A stretch of 64,000 nt of DNA, taken from assembly GCA_021805245.1 (NCBI GenBank), contig JAJZFS010000048.1, forward strand, positions 5,536 to 69,535. Direction: 5' to 3'. A program made the position numbers and the translations under genes. Positions 8,952 to 18,899 of the stretch are shown piece by piece. A model generated the notes under the pieces. It ran no database searches and was not told where the DNA came from. It was given only the letters and a program-made list of their open reading frames with translations. Origin of the DNA: Pseudomonadota bacterium. GTDB taxonomy: Bacteria; Pseudomonadota; Alphaproteobacteria; Micavibrionales; UBA2020. Positions within the stretch are counted from its first letter, which is position 1, and each line of letters starts with the position of its first letter.

Positions 8952-11900
8952 TCAGCTGCCCGATCCGCCAAGTCCCGCCTTGTAGCTTTCGAGGAAATCC
9001 TTGAACATATCGACCTCGCCCGCGTTTTTAAGCATCTGCTCGCGGTCGCCGAGCGCGCTGTCGCCGCCGTTGCGCGTCACGACGTCGAACGTCGCCGCAA
9101 GCCTGGTCTTGGCCATGGCGGCCTGATATTTTTCTTTCAGCGCCGCAAGGGCGCTGGCGTTCCCCGCGAGCTTCCACGCCACGGCGTCGTTCAGAACATA
9201 GCGCGCTTCTTTGTCGTTCAGCTGCGTCAGCGGGTCGGGGAGCAGCGGCTGCAGCGCGGTGGCGGCGGCGGACCAGCGCTGCGCGCGCCACAGCACGTCC
9301 GCCTTCAACCGCTCGGCATCGGGAGAATGCATCCCCTGCAGCGCCTTGATCGCGTCATCGGTCTTGTTCATCTGCGACAGCGCGCGGGCCTGCAGCAAAG
9401 TGCGCTCTTCGAGAATATGCTGCGGCAGCCACGGCCTCGTGGTCTGCGCGAGCGCAAGCAGCGCCTCTTTGGGTTTTGAATCGAGGAGATAGACGGCCGT
9501 CAGCTTCACGCCGACCGCCGCATAGAGGCTCTCCGGCAAGTCGCCGTTCTGCAGCAGATATTGCATCTGCGACGCCGCCTGATCGAGCAGGTCGATACGG
9601 ATGAGGTCGTCGATGTAATTGAGCGCGATCGTGTTTCCTTCCGGCCCCTCCGGCGTCAGCGCGCTGAACTCGTTGTAAATCGCGACAAGCTGCAGCGGCT
9701 TGACCTTGCCGGTATCGTTCGACGTAAAGAGATCGACAAAAATGCGCTGCAGATCGTTTTGGATCGGCGCCGGATCGTCGTTCAGGCTCACCGACAGGGT
9801 CATCGCCTGCTTCATGTCCTCCATGCCGGAGAGAATCTGCCCGTCCTGCACCTTCAGCGCGCCGAGCGTATGGAGGATACTCACCTCGAGACCGTCGCCG
9901 CGCCACGCGAAGCGCAAACTGTCCACGCGGTTGATGGCGTCTTTCAGGGTGATTTTCTTTTGCTGCAGCAGCAGACGCGTCAATGACAGGCTGGCCTTGG
10001 TGTGGTAAAGGCGGTCGAGCCCGCCCGCGACCGGCACCCACAGCGTTTCGGCCTTTTCCGGTTCGCCCCGCTGCGCATAGGAAACGCCGCGCAGATAATT
10101 GATCGCGGCGCGGTAGCGCGGATCGAGCGTGGCGGACGTCTTGTTGATCGAGGCCAGCAGCCGGTTCGCCTGCGTGGTATGGCCGAGGTGCAGCGCCGCC
10201 TCCGCCATGTAGATGGTGAAGGGGATGGCGAGGTTGTCGGGATACTGCAGCAGCAGGCGGTTGCTTCTGGGGAAGGTGCGCTCGGCCTCCTTCCATTGTT
10301 CCGTCGCCGCCGCGGCATAGCCGATCCACAAATCGACTTCGGGCGACGCGCGCACCAGCGGATTGGAAAGATCAGCCAGCGCCGCGTTGTAATGGCCCGC
10401 TTCGGCGTTGGCCGCGCCGCTGATGGCGAGATAATCGGGGTTTTCGACGATATGCGGGTTCTCGCGCCGTGCGAGATCGAGAACGGCCAGCGCTTCCTGA
10501 CCGAAATTGTTCGCGAAGTAAAGTTTGGCAAGATCCATCATCCGGCCGGCGCGCTCTTCCGGCATCGTTGCGGCGGCGATGCGCGCGGTCATGGCGGATT
10601 CATTTTTCTGCAGATACTTCAGACCGCCGCGCCGCCAGTTGGGGAAATCGAAGAGACGGTTGCTGTCGTTGTTTTCCGCCGCGGTGGGCATGCCGACCAG
10701 CCGCAGCACCGCGCCGTTGGGCGTTACGGCCAGACCGTTTGGCGTGGTGACCACCACAACGTGGTTGTAGGGTCTGGCGGCGGCGCTGGCGAGCGCGTCC
10801 GTCCCCGTCTGATCCTTATCCTTGTCCGCGTCTTTATTTTTTCCGCTGTTTTGACTTTTGCCTGTACCATTGTCGCTCGCCGCGGCTGAGGAAGGCTCCG
10901 CTTCATCCGTGAGGCTGAGGCGGCGGACGCTGAGGCCGTCTTTTTTCGGATCGACAACCATGCCCGTCACGGCCGGAATGATGTCCAGATCGGGCATATG
11001 GCGGGCATCGGACACGGCCTCTCCGGCGAGATTGGTCGGCACGACGAACAGATTGTCGCCGACTTCCGGATCGACGACGGTCAGGGGCTCGCCCGCGCCG
11101 CGCAGATAGGCCGCCAGAATATCCTTGCGGGTTTTCGGCTCCGTTTCGATGCGCACCTCGGCAGACAAAGGCGCGAGCGCGCCGGAGGGCGGATAAGGCA
11201 GCAGATCCACATTCCAGGACAGGTCCCGCTTGGTCACGACGGGATAATAAGTTCTTTTCGGCAGGACGTAACGGAAGGCGGTGCCGCCCTTCAGCGGCAA
11301 CACTTGCGGGGCAGACACCATGGGCGCCATCGGCCCCGTTACGGCGGGCGTCTGCACGTTCACGCCCGTCGCGTCCATCACGATCCACAGCGCGCGGGCG
11401 CGCACGAAAACGGCAAGCCGCAGCGGCGTCAGCGAAGACACGCTGACCGTCGCCGTCTGGTCTGCTTCGCCGGGCGGCACAGGCGGCGGCGTCACGACAT
11501 CGGCATTGGGCACCGCCGCGGGCAGCACGCCGCCGTCGGGCATGGTGATCGGAAGATTCCAGACCGGCAGCAAGGATTCAGACCGGCCCGGCAGCCCCGC
11601 CGCGGCGATCGCTTCCGGATCGGACAGCACCCGCCCCTCGTCGACCGGCGTCACGGGCGCCGCGCGCACGGCGGGACCGACGGCGTGTTTTGCCTTGGCT
11701 GGCTTGTTATGCCCCGTCAGGCTCGAGATCAGCGCGCTGACCTTGTCTTCCGCCTTTTCGGCAACGCTCTTTTGCGGGGCGAGAGCTATCGGTTCCGGCG
11801 CCGCGTTGCGCGTTGCCGCCGCGCCCGCAGGGCCGAAAGGCATGCCCAACGCTTGCGCTTTCTTGGGCGCTGGCGTTTTCGGCGGCGCGGGCGTTTTTTG

Positions 11901-12356
11901 CGGCACGGCGGCCACTGCCTTGTTTTTCACGGCGCCGTAAATATCGATGACGATTTTATTGTCCCAGCGGAAATCCTTATAGGTCGCCCCCGCGCGCGTG
12001 ACGATATCGACGTTCAGCGTCCCGTTCGCCCCTTGCGACGCCGTTACCTTTTTGATCCTGTCCGTATCGGTGCTGACGATTTTCGGCATGGCCGTCGTGG
12101 AGAGCGTGATATGCAGAACGCTGCCCTGCTGCGTGACGCGATAGGCCGTCAGTTCCGGACAATCGAAAACCGCGCGCGCGAAATTCCGGTGCCCGCCCGT
12201 TTTGATGACGAGTTGCGGCTCGGCGGCGCGCGCGGCGGCGAGCGACGCCACGGCCATCAACAGGCCGAGCGCGGCAAGACGCATTTTGGCGCGCGGCGCA
12301 GGACGCATTTTCATCCGCGCCGCAAAGTGCTTTTCGAGCTTTGTTCCCAAAGACAT
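8952..12356 (-). CDS. Large secreted AMIN-domain / Pro-rich / TPR-repeat envelope protein (1134 aa)
   Basis: Signal peptide MRLAALGLLMAVASLAAARA, then an AMIN-like beta domain (LVIKTGGHRNFARAVFD...VLHITL), a PAPPKTPAPKK linker and a disordered KDADKDKD segment. The C-terminal half or so is TPR-like helical repeats. The start may be at 12284. Confidence 0.7.
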   Translation of the reverse strand: MSLGTKLEKHFAARMKMRPAPRAKMRLAALGLLMAVASLAAARAAEPQLVIKTGGHRNFARAVFDCPELTAYRVTQQGSVLHITLSTTAMPKIVSTDTDRIKKVTASQGANGTLNVDIVTRAGATYKDFRWDNKIVIDIYGAVKNKAVAAVPQKTPAPPKTPAPKKAQALGMPFGPAGAAATRNAAPEPIALAPQKSVAEKAEDKVSALISSLTGHNKPAKAKHAVGPAVRAAPVTPVDEGRVLSDPEAIAAAGLPGRSESLLPVWNLPITMPDGGVLPAAVPNADVVTPPPVPPGEADQTATVSVSSLTPLRLAVFVRARALWIVMDATGVNVQTPAVTGPMAPMVSAPQVLPLKGGTAFRYVLPKRTYYPVVTKRDLSWNVDLLPYPPSGALAPLSAEVRIETEPKTRKDILAAYLRGAGEPLTVVDPEVGDNLFVVPTNLAGEAVSDARHMPDLDIIPAVTGMVVDPKKDGLSVRRLSLTDEAEPSSAAASDNGTGKSQNSGKNKDADKDKDQTGTDALASAAARPYNHVVVVTTPNGLAVTPNGAVLRLVGMPTAAENNDSNRLFDFPNWRRGGLKYLQKNESAMTARIAAATMPEERAGRMMDLAKLYFANNFGQEALAVLDLARRENPHIVENPDYLAISGAANAEAGHYNAALADLSNPLVRASPEVDLWIGYAAAATEQWKEAERTFPRSNRLLLQYPDNLAIPFTIYMAEAALHLGHTTQANRLLASINKTSATLDPRYRAAINYLRGVSYAQRGEPEKAETLWVPVAGGLDRLYHTKASLSLTRLLLQQKKITLKDAINRVDSLRFAWRGDGLEVSILHTLGALKVQDGQILSGMEDMKQAMTLSVSLNDDPAPIQNDLQRIFVDLFTSNDTGKVKPLQLVAIYNEFSALTPEGPEGNTIALNYIDDLIRIDLLDQAASQMQYLLQNGDLPESLYAAVGVKLTAVYLLDSKPKEALLALAQTTRPWLPQHILEERTLLQARALSQMNKTDDAIKALQGMHSPDAERLKADVLWRAQRWSAAATALQPLLPDPLTQLNDKEARYVLNDAVAWKLAGNASALAALKEKYQAAMAKTRLAATFDVVTRNGGDSALGDREQMLKNAGEVDMFKDFLESYKAGLGGSGS

Positions 12357-12582
12357 CTAAACAAAATCCCCCACTTTGAGAATACACCAAAAGGATGGTT
12401 ATTTCATTGAATAACAATGCCGTTTTTATCTTTTCACGCGGCAGGCGATTTATTTCTGGTAAAAAGCCGCCGGCAACGCCTATTTTTACTTTTCTCTTTT
12501 GCCCGCTCTTTATCTCGCGCGCAAATCCGTGGATAATGGGCGCAACGTTGCCGTTTTTTTCACATCCTTTAAGGAATAGATT

Positions 12583-13107
12583 ATGTCCATCAAAAGATCG
12601 CTCCAGCCCGTCGCCATCGCCGCCGCACTTACGGTAACGCTTGTCAGCGGCGGCGCTTTTGCCCAAACACCCCCAGCCGCCGCAGGCGGGATACAAAAGC
12701 CCGTGGCTCCGGCGGCGCCGGCCGTCGCGCCGGTCGCGCAACCTGCCGCCGCCGCGCCGCTGGCGGAACAGGTCCCCCCAAACATGCCTTTCAAAGCGCT
12801 CACGCCCGCCGCGCAGGCGCATATCGCCATCACGCATGAACGCGCGGCGCGGGCGCTCTATGAGCAGGACACGCGCAATCTTGACGACACGGCTCCCCAA
12901 CGGCACGCCGACCTGAAACAGGAGCTGATCAGCTGGTTCAGCGCCCTGCCGCTGAGCCGTGAAATCGAGCTGAAGCGGCACGATGAAATGCTCTCCGGCC
13001 GCGGCACGCCCCCTCAAAAGCAGGAAAAAGCCGCCATGCCGTTCGCACACAACGGCGCGACGGCCGGCGCGCCGCCGGCGCAATCCCCCGCGCCCGCTGC
13101 ACCTTGA
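12583..13107 (+). CDS. Secreted Ala/Pro-rich protein, unknown function
   Basis: Signal peptide ...VSGGAFAQ followed by low-complexity A/P-rich termini. Divergent from the AMIN-TPR gene. Confidence 0.5.
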   Translation: MSIKRSLQPVAIAAALTVTLVSGGAFAQTPPAAAGGIQKPVAPAAPAVAPVAQPAAAAPLAEQVPPNMPFKALTPAAQAHIAITHERAARALYEQDTRNLDDTAPQRHADLKQELISWFSALPLSREIELKRHDEMLSGRGTPPQKQEKAAMPFAHNGATAGAPPAQSPAPAAP

Positions 13108-13142
13108 ACGGCAAACTCTCAAAAAATCACAACACTGCGTCT

Positions 13143-13913
13143 ATGAGCCACCGTACCGTTCCATTTTCTTTCAGCAACAACCGCGGGCAGACGCTGGCCG
13201 GACTTCTGGAACTGCCCGCGGCGCCGCCTTAGTTTTACGGCGTTTACGCGCCCTGCTTCACCTGCACCAAGGAATCGCACGCCGCGCACAAGGTCTGCCG
13301 CGCGCTGACGAACTGCAACGTCGCCATGCTGCGCTTTGATCTTACCGGCCTCGGCGCGAGCGAAGGCGACTTCGCCGAAACAAGCTTCTCGACGCGCATT
13401 CTCGACATCGTTGCCGCCTGCACCGCGCTTGAAAAGGAATATGCCGCCCCGAAACTGCTCATCGGCCACAGCATCAGCGGCACGGCCGCGCTCGCCGCCG
13501 CATCGCAGGTGCCGTCGTTGCAGGCCGTCGCCACGCTCGGCGCGCCTGCCGACCCGCAACATGTCGTGCGCGGATTACGCAGCCAAAACCTCATCGCCGT
13601 CAACGGCGACATGGCGGAGATGACCGTCACCGGACGCAAATACACCGTCAGAAAAACGATGGTCGACGACATGGAATCCTACGACATGGGCCAAGCGATG
13701 GCGGCGCTGAAAAAACGGCTTTTCATCTTCCACGCGCCGCACGACGACATCGTCCCGTTTCGTAACGCGGCGGAAATCCAGAGCCGCGCCGAGTGCGACG
13801 CCGAAATCCTCCCTTTGAGCGAAGGCGCGACCCACCTGCTCGAGCGCGGCGACGCGGACGCCACCTTCCTCGCCGAAACGCTCTCCGGCTGGTTCGACCT
13901 CCATCTGGAATAA
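13143..13913 (+). pseudogene. Alpha/beta hydrolase (family often fused to or adjacent to OsmC) interrupted by an in-frame TAG at 13230-13232
   Basis: ATG 13143 is in the same frame as ORF 13326..13913. The read-through translation is MSHRTVPFSFSNNRGQTLAGLLELPAAPP*FYGVYAPCFTCTKESHAAHKVCRALTNCNVAMLRFDLTGLGASEGDF...LLIGHSISG... It is collinear with the family pattern (AHCFTC..LRFDFTGLG.SEG..LIGHSLGG). Confidence 0.7.
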
Positions 13914-13931
13914 TCTTTTATTTTCAGTGAT

Positions 13932-15314
13932 TTACTTAAATTTCAACATCGTCGCGCGGTAGCGGGCAAGAATCTGTTCCTCGCGCTTGTGATGCCGGTC
14001 GCGGATGGCCCAACGCCCGCCCGCCATCACGTCCTTCACCGGATTTTCGTTCACGGCAAAGATGGCGGTGTCGAGAATGTGATCGCGCAGCTTGCCGGTC
14101 ATGCACGGCAGGTTTTGATCAAGCACGAGGAAATCCGCGCGGTGGCCGATCTCTATTTTTCCCGTCCGCCGCCCCAGCGCGCGCGCGCCGCCGGAGAGCG
14201 CCTGCTCGAACAACACCGCGCCGACCGAAGGATTGTCCGGCTCCTTGATGACCGTGCGCTCGCGCAACACCAGACGCTGCACGTATTCCAGCCAGCGCAG
14301 CTCTTCCGTCACGCTGATCGAGATGTGACTGTCGGAGCCGATGCCGAAACTGCCGCCCGCCTCGAAAAACGGCACCAGCGGAAACACGCCGTCACCGAGG
14401 TTGGCCTCCGTTGTCGGGCAAAGGCCGACGACCACGCCCGATGCCGCAAGCGCTTCCAGCTCCGCTGCGACAAGATGCGTGCAATGGATGAAAGACCAGC
14501 GCTCGTCCACGCTGCCGTTCTCCAGCAGCCATTCGACCGGACGCTTGTCCGACCAGGCGAGGCAGTTTTCCACCTCGGTCGTCTGCTCGGCGGCATGAAT
14601 GTGGATCGGCGCCTGCGGTAAAAGATCGCGCGCGGCGCGCGTGCCTTCGCGCATCATCTCCGGCGAAACGGCGCGCAAAGAGTGGTGCGCGAAACCCAAG
14701 GTCACCTGCGGCACGCTGGCGTAATCTTTCTCCAGCGCCGCAACGATTTTCATCATCTCCGGCACCGTGTTGACAAAGCGCTTTTGCGCCTCGGTCGGCG
14801 GCTGCGCGCCGAAACCGCTGTAAGCATAAAGCACCGGCATATGCGTGATGGCGATGCCCGCCTCCAGCGCGGCCTTGATGACCTGCCGCGACATCAGCGC
14901 ACGGTCTTCATAAGGTTTTCCCTCGCGGCTGTGGTGGATGTAATGAAACTCGCCGACAGAGGTATAGCCGCCCTTCAGCATTTCGACATAGACTTGCGCC
15001 GCGATGGCCTCCATGTCTTCGGGCGTGAGGTCAAGCAAAAAGCGGTACATCGTCTCACGCCACGACCAGAAATTGTCCTTTTTGCCACCGGCGCGCTCGG
15101 TCAGTCCCGCCATGGCCCGCTGAAAAGCATGGCTATGCACGTTCGGCATGCCGGGCACCAGCGCGCCCGCGACCATCTCGACATTCTTGCCGTCCGCCGG
15201 TGTAGCCTTGAAAGCGTCGACGCCGACGATCCAGCCGTCCTTGTCGATCTCGATGAGGACGTTGTCCGCCCAGCCGTCGGGCAGCAGCGCCGTGGGCGCG
15301 AAAAGCGTTGTCAT
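13932..15314 (-). CDS. hutF: Formimidoylglutamate deiminase
   Basis: 460-aa amidohydrolase-superfamily protein; N-terminus ..FAPTALLPDGWADNVLIEID, and HSHAFQRAMAG. Lies in a hut context. Confidence 0.85.
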   Translation of the reverse strand: MTTLFAPTALLPDGWADNVLIEIDKDGWIVGVDAFKATPADGKNVEMVAGALVPGMPNVHSHAFQRAMAGLTERAGGKKDNFWSWRETMYRFLLDLTPEDMEAIAAQVYVEMLKGGYTSVGEFHYIHHSREGKPYEDRALMSRQVIKAALEAGIAITHMPVLYAYSGFGAQPPTEAQKRFVNTVPEMMKIVAALEKDYASVPQVTLGFAHHSLRAVSPEMMREGTRAARDLLPQAPIHIHAAEQTTEVENCLAWSDKRPVEWLLENGSVDERWSFIHCTHLVAAELEALAASGVVVGLCPTTEANLGDGVFPLVPFFEAGGSFGIGSDSHISISVTEELRWLEYVQRLVLRERTVIKEPDNPSVGAVLFEQALSGGARALGRRTGKIEIGHRADFLVLDQNLPCMTGKLRDHILDTAIFAVNENPVKDVMAGGRWAIRDRHHKREEQILARYRATMLKFK

Positions 15315-15368
15315 AGATAAAACCTCTCTCTATAAATAGTAAGACACCATTTCAAAAAGGCAATATAA

Positions 15369-16556
15369 ATGATCTTCGACAGGCTGCTGGTCAACGTGAA
15401 CGCCGCGACGATGGTCCCCGGAAAGACCGGCGGCTTAGGCATAATCGAAAACGCCGCCATTGGCATCACGGACAGAAAAATCACCTTCGTCGGCGCGCGG
15501 GACGACCTGCCGAAAGATTATCAGGCGGGCGAAACGACCGATTGCGCCGCGAAATGGGTGACGCCCGCGCTGGTCGACTGCCATACGCACCTGATTTACG
15601 CGGGCGACCGCGCCGCCGAATTCGAAAAAAGGCTGCAGGGCGTCTCTTACGAAGAAATCGCCAAAGCGGGCGGCGGGATTCTTTCGACCGTGCGCGCGAC
15701 GCGCGCGGCCTCGGAAGAAGAACTTTACGAGCTGGCCTTGCGCCGCCTGCGCACGATGCTGCTCGAAGGCGTCGCCACCTTCGAGATGAAATCCGGCTAC
15801 GGCCTCGATCTCGCCACGGAACGCAAGATGCTGCGCGTCGCGACCATGATGCGCGACGACATGGGTTTGCGCATCCAGCGCACCTTCCTCGGCGCGCACG
15901 CCCTGCCGCCGGAATACGCAGGCCGCGCCGACGATTATATCGCTTTCGTCTGCAACGACATGCTGCCCGCGCTGCATAAAGAAAAACTGATCGACGTGGT
16001 GGACGGCTTTTGCGAAAACATCGGCTTTTCGCGCGCACAGATGGAAAAACTTTTCAAAAAAGCCAAAGAGCTCGGCCTGCCCGTCAAGCTGCACGCCGAG
16101 CAGCTCTCCAATCAGGGCGGCGCGGCGCTGGCGGCAGAATACGGCGCGCTGTCCGCCGATCATATCGAATATCTCGACGAGGCGGGGGTGAAGGCGATGG
16201 CGGCAGCGGGCACCGTCGCGGTTCTCTTGCCCGGCGCGTTTTATTACTTGCGCGAAAGGCAGTCGCCGCCGGTTGATCTCTTGCGCAAATACAACGTGCC
16301 GATCGCGATCGCCACGGACCACAATCCCGGCACCTCGCCGACGCTCTCTTTGCTGCTGATGCTGAACATGAGCTGCACCTTCTTCCGTCTCACGCCGGAA
16401 GAAGCCCTGCTCGGCGTCACGCGCAACGCGGCGAAGGCGCTCGGCATGGACGGCGACTGCGGCACGCTGGAAGCCGGCAAGGTCGCCGACGTCGTGCTCT
16501 GGGACATCGAGCATCCGCGCGATCTTTGCTATTACTTCCCGCGCCCGCCCGTATGA
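15369..16556 (+). CDS. hutI: Imidazolonepropionase
   Basis: 395 aa; [23 protein letters not shown] and [10 protein letters not shown] motifs. Confidence 0.92.
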   Translation: MIFDRLLVNVNAATMVPGKTGGLGIIENAAIGITDRKITFVGARDDLPKDYQAGETTDCAAKWVTPALVDCHTHLIYAGDRAAEFEKRLQGVSYEEIAKAGGGILSTVRATRAASEEELYELALRRLRTMLLEGVATFEMKSGYGLDLATERKMLRVATMMRDDMGLRIQRTFLGAHALPPEYAGRADDYIAFVCNDMLPALHKEKLIDVVDGFCENIGFSRAQMEKLFKKAKELGLPVKLHAEQLSNQGGAALAAEYGALSADHIEYLDEAGVKAMAAAGTVAVLLPGAFYYLRERQSPPVDLLRKYNVPIAIATDHNPGTSPTLSLLLMLNMSCTFFRLTPEEALLGVTRNAAKALGMDGDCGTLEAGKVADVVLWDIEHPRDLCYYFPRPPV

Positions 16557-16575
16557 AATTTTAAATGATGGGTCT

Positions 16576-17373
16576 TCAGCCGTAAGTTTTTGCGCCCCAA
16601 TCGAGCAGCGATTGCAGCACCGCCTGCAGCGTTTTTTGCAGCTTGGCCGCTTTCTTTTCGTCGTAGCGGTAGGGAAATTTTTCCTCCATGTAATTCACCC
16701 ACGTGAGCTCCATCTGCAGCGCGTGAATGTTCTCTTCCGGCTTCCCGTAGTGGCGCGTGACATGCCCGCCGACGAAGCGGCCGTCAAGCACCGCGGAATA
16801 ATCGCCCGTTTGCGCTGCGGCGAACGCCGCCGCCGCCATTTCCGGCGCGCAGGACCGGCCGCGCGCTGACCCGAGGTTCAGGTCCGGCAACCGCCCTTCG
16901 AACAACAGCGGCACGTGCGAGCAGATGGAATGGGCGTCATATAAGATCGCGTAGCCGAATTCATCTTTCAACCGCTTCAGTTCCGTCTCCAGCGCTTCGT
17001 GATAGGGCAGCCAATAGGCGGCGACGCGGTTGATCAACTCGATCTCGTCAGGCTCTTCGCCGTCTTTGTACAGCTTGTCGCCGGAAAAGCTTCTCATCGG
17101 GCAGAGGCCGGTTTTGACCTGCCCGGGGTAAAGATCGGCGTCGTCCGGCGGGCGGTTGAGGTCGGCCACGTAGCGCGAGTGGGTGGGCATCAGCATGCCG
17201 ACATCCATCTCGAGCGCGAACCAGTAAAGCTTGTCCACATGCCAGTCGGTATCGGGAAGTTTCAAGGCCTCCGGCGTCATGCGCGACTTGACGTCCGCCG
17301 GCACGAACGTGCCCATGTGCGGCATGCTGATGAGCAGCGGCGTCGCGCCCCGTATTAGGCGCTTCAGCTGCAC
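16576..17373 (-). CDS. hutG: N-formylglutamate deformylase
   Basis: GTG at 17373 overlaps the hutH stop (GTGCAGCTGA). Product (M)[24 protein letters not shown]...[10 protein letters not shown], about 265 aa. The 492-aa ORF in the track is an upstream read-through artefact. Confidence 0.85.
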   Translation of the reverse strand: MQLKRLIRGATPLLISMPHMGTFVPADVKSRMTPEALKLPDTDWHVDKLYWFALEMDVGMLMPTHSRYVADLNRPPDDADLYPGQVKTGLCPMRSFSGDKLYKDGEEPDEIELINRVAAYWLPYHEALETELKRLKDEFGYAILYDAHSICSHVPLLFEGRLPDLNLGSARGRSCAPEMAAAAFAAAQTGDYSAVLDGRFVGGHVTRHYGKPEENIHALQMELTWVNYMEEKFPYRYDEKKAAKLQKTLQAVLQSLLDWGAKTYG

Positions 17374-18899
17374 GGCAACAAACCTTTCGGCACCCACGGC
17401 AGGAACGAGCCTTCCGCGACCAGCTGCGTGGCGACGCGGATATCGGGCGCGAAATAATGGTCCTTCGTGTAGTGGCCGACGCGGCCGCGGACCATCTTCA
17501 GCGCCTTTTGCAGCGGCGGGGCGGTTTTGAGCGGTGCGTGAAACTCGATGCCCTGACAGGCCGCCAGCAATTCGACGCCAACAATCGTCGCCGTGTTCGC
17601 CGCCATATCGCCGAGACGCCGCGCGGCGAACGTCGCCATGCTTACGTGGTCTTCCTGATTGGCGGAGGTCGGCAAACTGTCCACGCTGGCCGGATGGGCG
17701 AGAGATTTGTTTTCGCTCGCCAGCGCCGCCGCCGTGACGTGCGCGATCATGAAGCCGGAATTGACGCCCGCGTCTTTCACCAGAAACGGCGGCAGACCGC
17801 TGATTTTGTGATCGATCAGCATGGCGATGCGCCGCTCGCTCATGCCGCCGATCTCGGAAATGACCAGCGCCAGCGTATCGGCGGCGAGCGCGACCGGCTC
17901 GGCGTGGAAGTTGCCGCCCGATTTCGTCGTCCCCTGCGCGGGGAAAATCAGCGGATTGTCGGTGACCGCGTTCGCTTCGCGGTGAAAAATCTCCGCCGCG
18001 AAACGCATATGGTCGAGACAGGCGCCCATCACCTGCGGCTGGCAGCGCAGGCAATAAGGATCCTGCACTTTAGGGTCGTGTTCATGCGCGTGAGAGGCGC
18101 GGATGGCGCTGCCTTTCAGCAATTTAATATAAACCTTTGCCGTGTCGATCTGGCCTTTTTGGCGGCGCACGCGGTGGATATCCGGATCGAACGGCGTGGT
18201 CGAGCCTTTCGCCGCATCGACGGAGAGAGCGCCCGCCACCAGCGCGGCGGAAAAACAATCCTCCGCCGCGAACAGGCCCGTCAGCGCCAGCGCGGTCGAG
18301 ATCTGCGTGCCGTTCAAGAGCGCAAGCCCCTCTTTCGGCGCGAGGTCGAGCGCTTTCAGGCCGTATTTTTTGAGCGCAGCCTTGGACGACATAACCTTGC
18401 CCTTGACGCGCACCTGCCCCGCGCCGATCAGCGGCAGGCTCAAGTGCGCCAGCGGCGCAAGATCGCCGGACGCGCCGACCGAGCCCTTTTCGGGGATGCA
18501 GGGATAAATCTCCTTATTATAAAGCGTCAGCAGAAAATCGACCACCACGCGCCGCACGCCGGAATAGCCTTGCGAGAGCGCGTTGATTTTCAAAAGTAAC
18601 GCGAGGCGCACCACATCATCCTCGAGAAATTTGCCGACGCCTGTCGCATGGGACAAAACGATATTGCGCTGCAGAGTTTCCAGCTTGTCTTCGGTGATAT
18701 TAACCTTCGCCAGCAGGCCAAAGCCGGTATTGATGCCGTAAACCGTCTTGCCCGCCGCAAGAATGCCGTCGATGGCCTTTTTACTCGCGGCGATTTTTTT
18801 ATACGCGGCGGCGGGGAGCGCGAGCGGAATATGGCCGCGCGACACGGCGCGCAAGGTGGCAAGGGAAACCTCGCCGGGTTTCAGCGTCAGCTTTTTCAT
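17364..18899 (-). CDS. hutH: Histidine ammonia-lyase
   Basis: 511 aa; the MIO-forming [11 protein letters not shown] motif is present. Confidence 0.95.
   Translation of the reverse strand: MKKLTLKPGEVSLATLRAVSRGHIPLALPAAAYKKIAASKKAIDGILAAGKTVYGINTGFGLLAKVNITEDKLETLQRNIVLSHATGVGKFLEDDVVRLALLLKINALSQGYSGVRRVVVDFLLTLYNKEIYPCIPEKGSVGASGDLAPLAHLSLPLIGAGQVRVKGKVMSSKAALKKYGLKALDLAPKEGLALLNGTQISTALALTGLFAAEDCFSAALVAGALSVDAAKGSTTPFDPDIHRVRRQKGQIDTAKVYIKLLKGSAIRASHAHEHDPKVQDPYCLRCQPQVMGACLDHMRFAAEIFHREANAVTDNPLIFPAQGTTKSGGNFHAEPVALAADTLALVISEIGGMSERRIAMLIDHKISGLPPFLVKDAGVNSGFMIAHVTAAALASENKSLAHPASVDSLPTSANQEDHVSMATFAARRLGDMAANTATIVGVELLAACQGIEFHAPLKTAPPLQKALKMVRGRVGHYTKDHYFAPDIRVATQLVAEGSFLPWVPKGLLPCS

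Noticed and set aside
16576-18054. The 492-aa ORF taken as a single gene. The same applies to 58375..59727 (450 aa), 676..1581 and 26117..27364.
   Set aside because: Only the C-terminal parts match real proteins (HutG, RluA-family synthase, TesA-like, CtaG-like). The N-terminal parts overlap the neighbouring genes in another frame and are junk-like. I re-set the starts to 17373, 59085, 943 and 26414.
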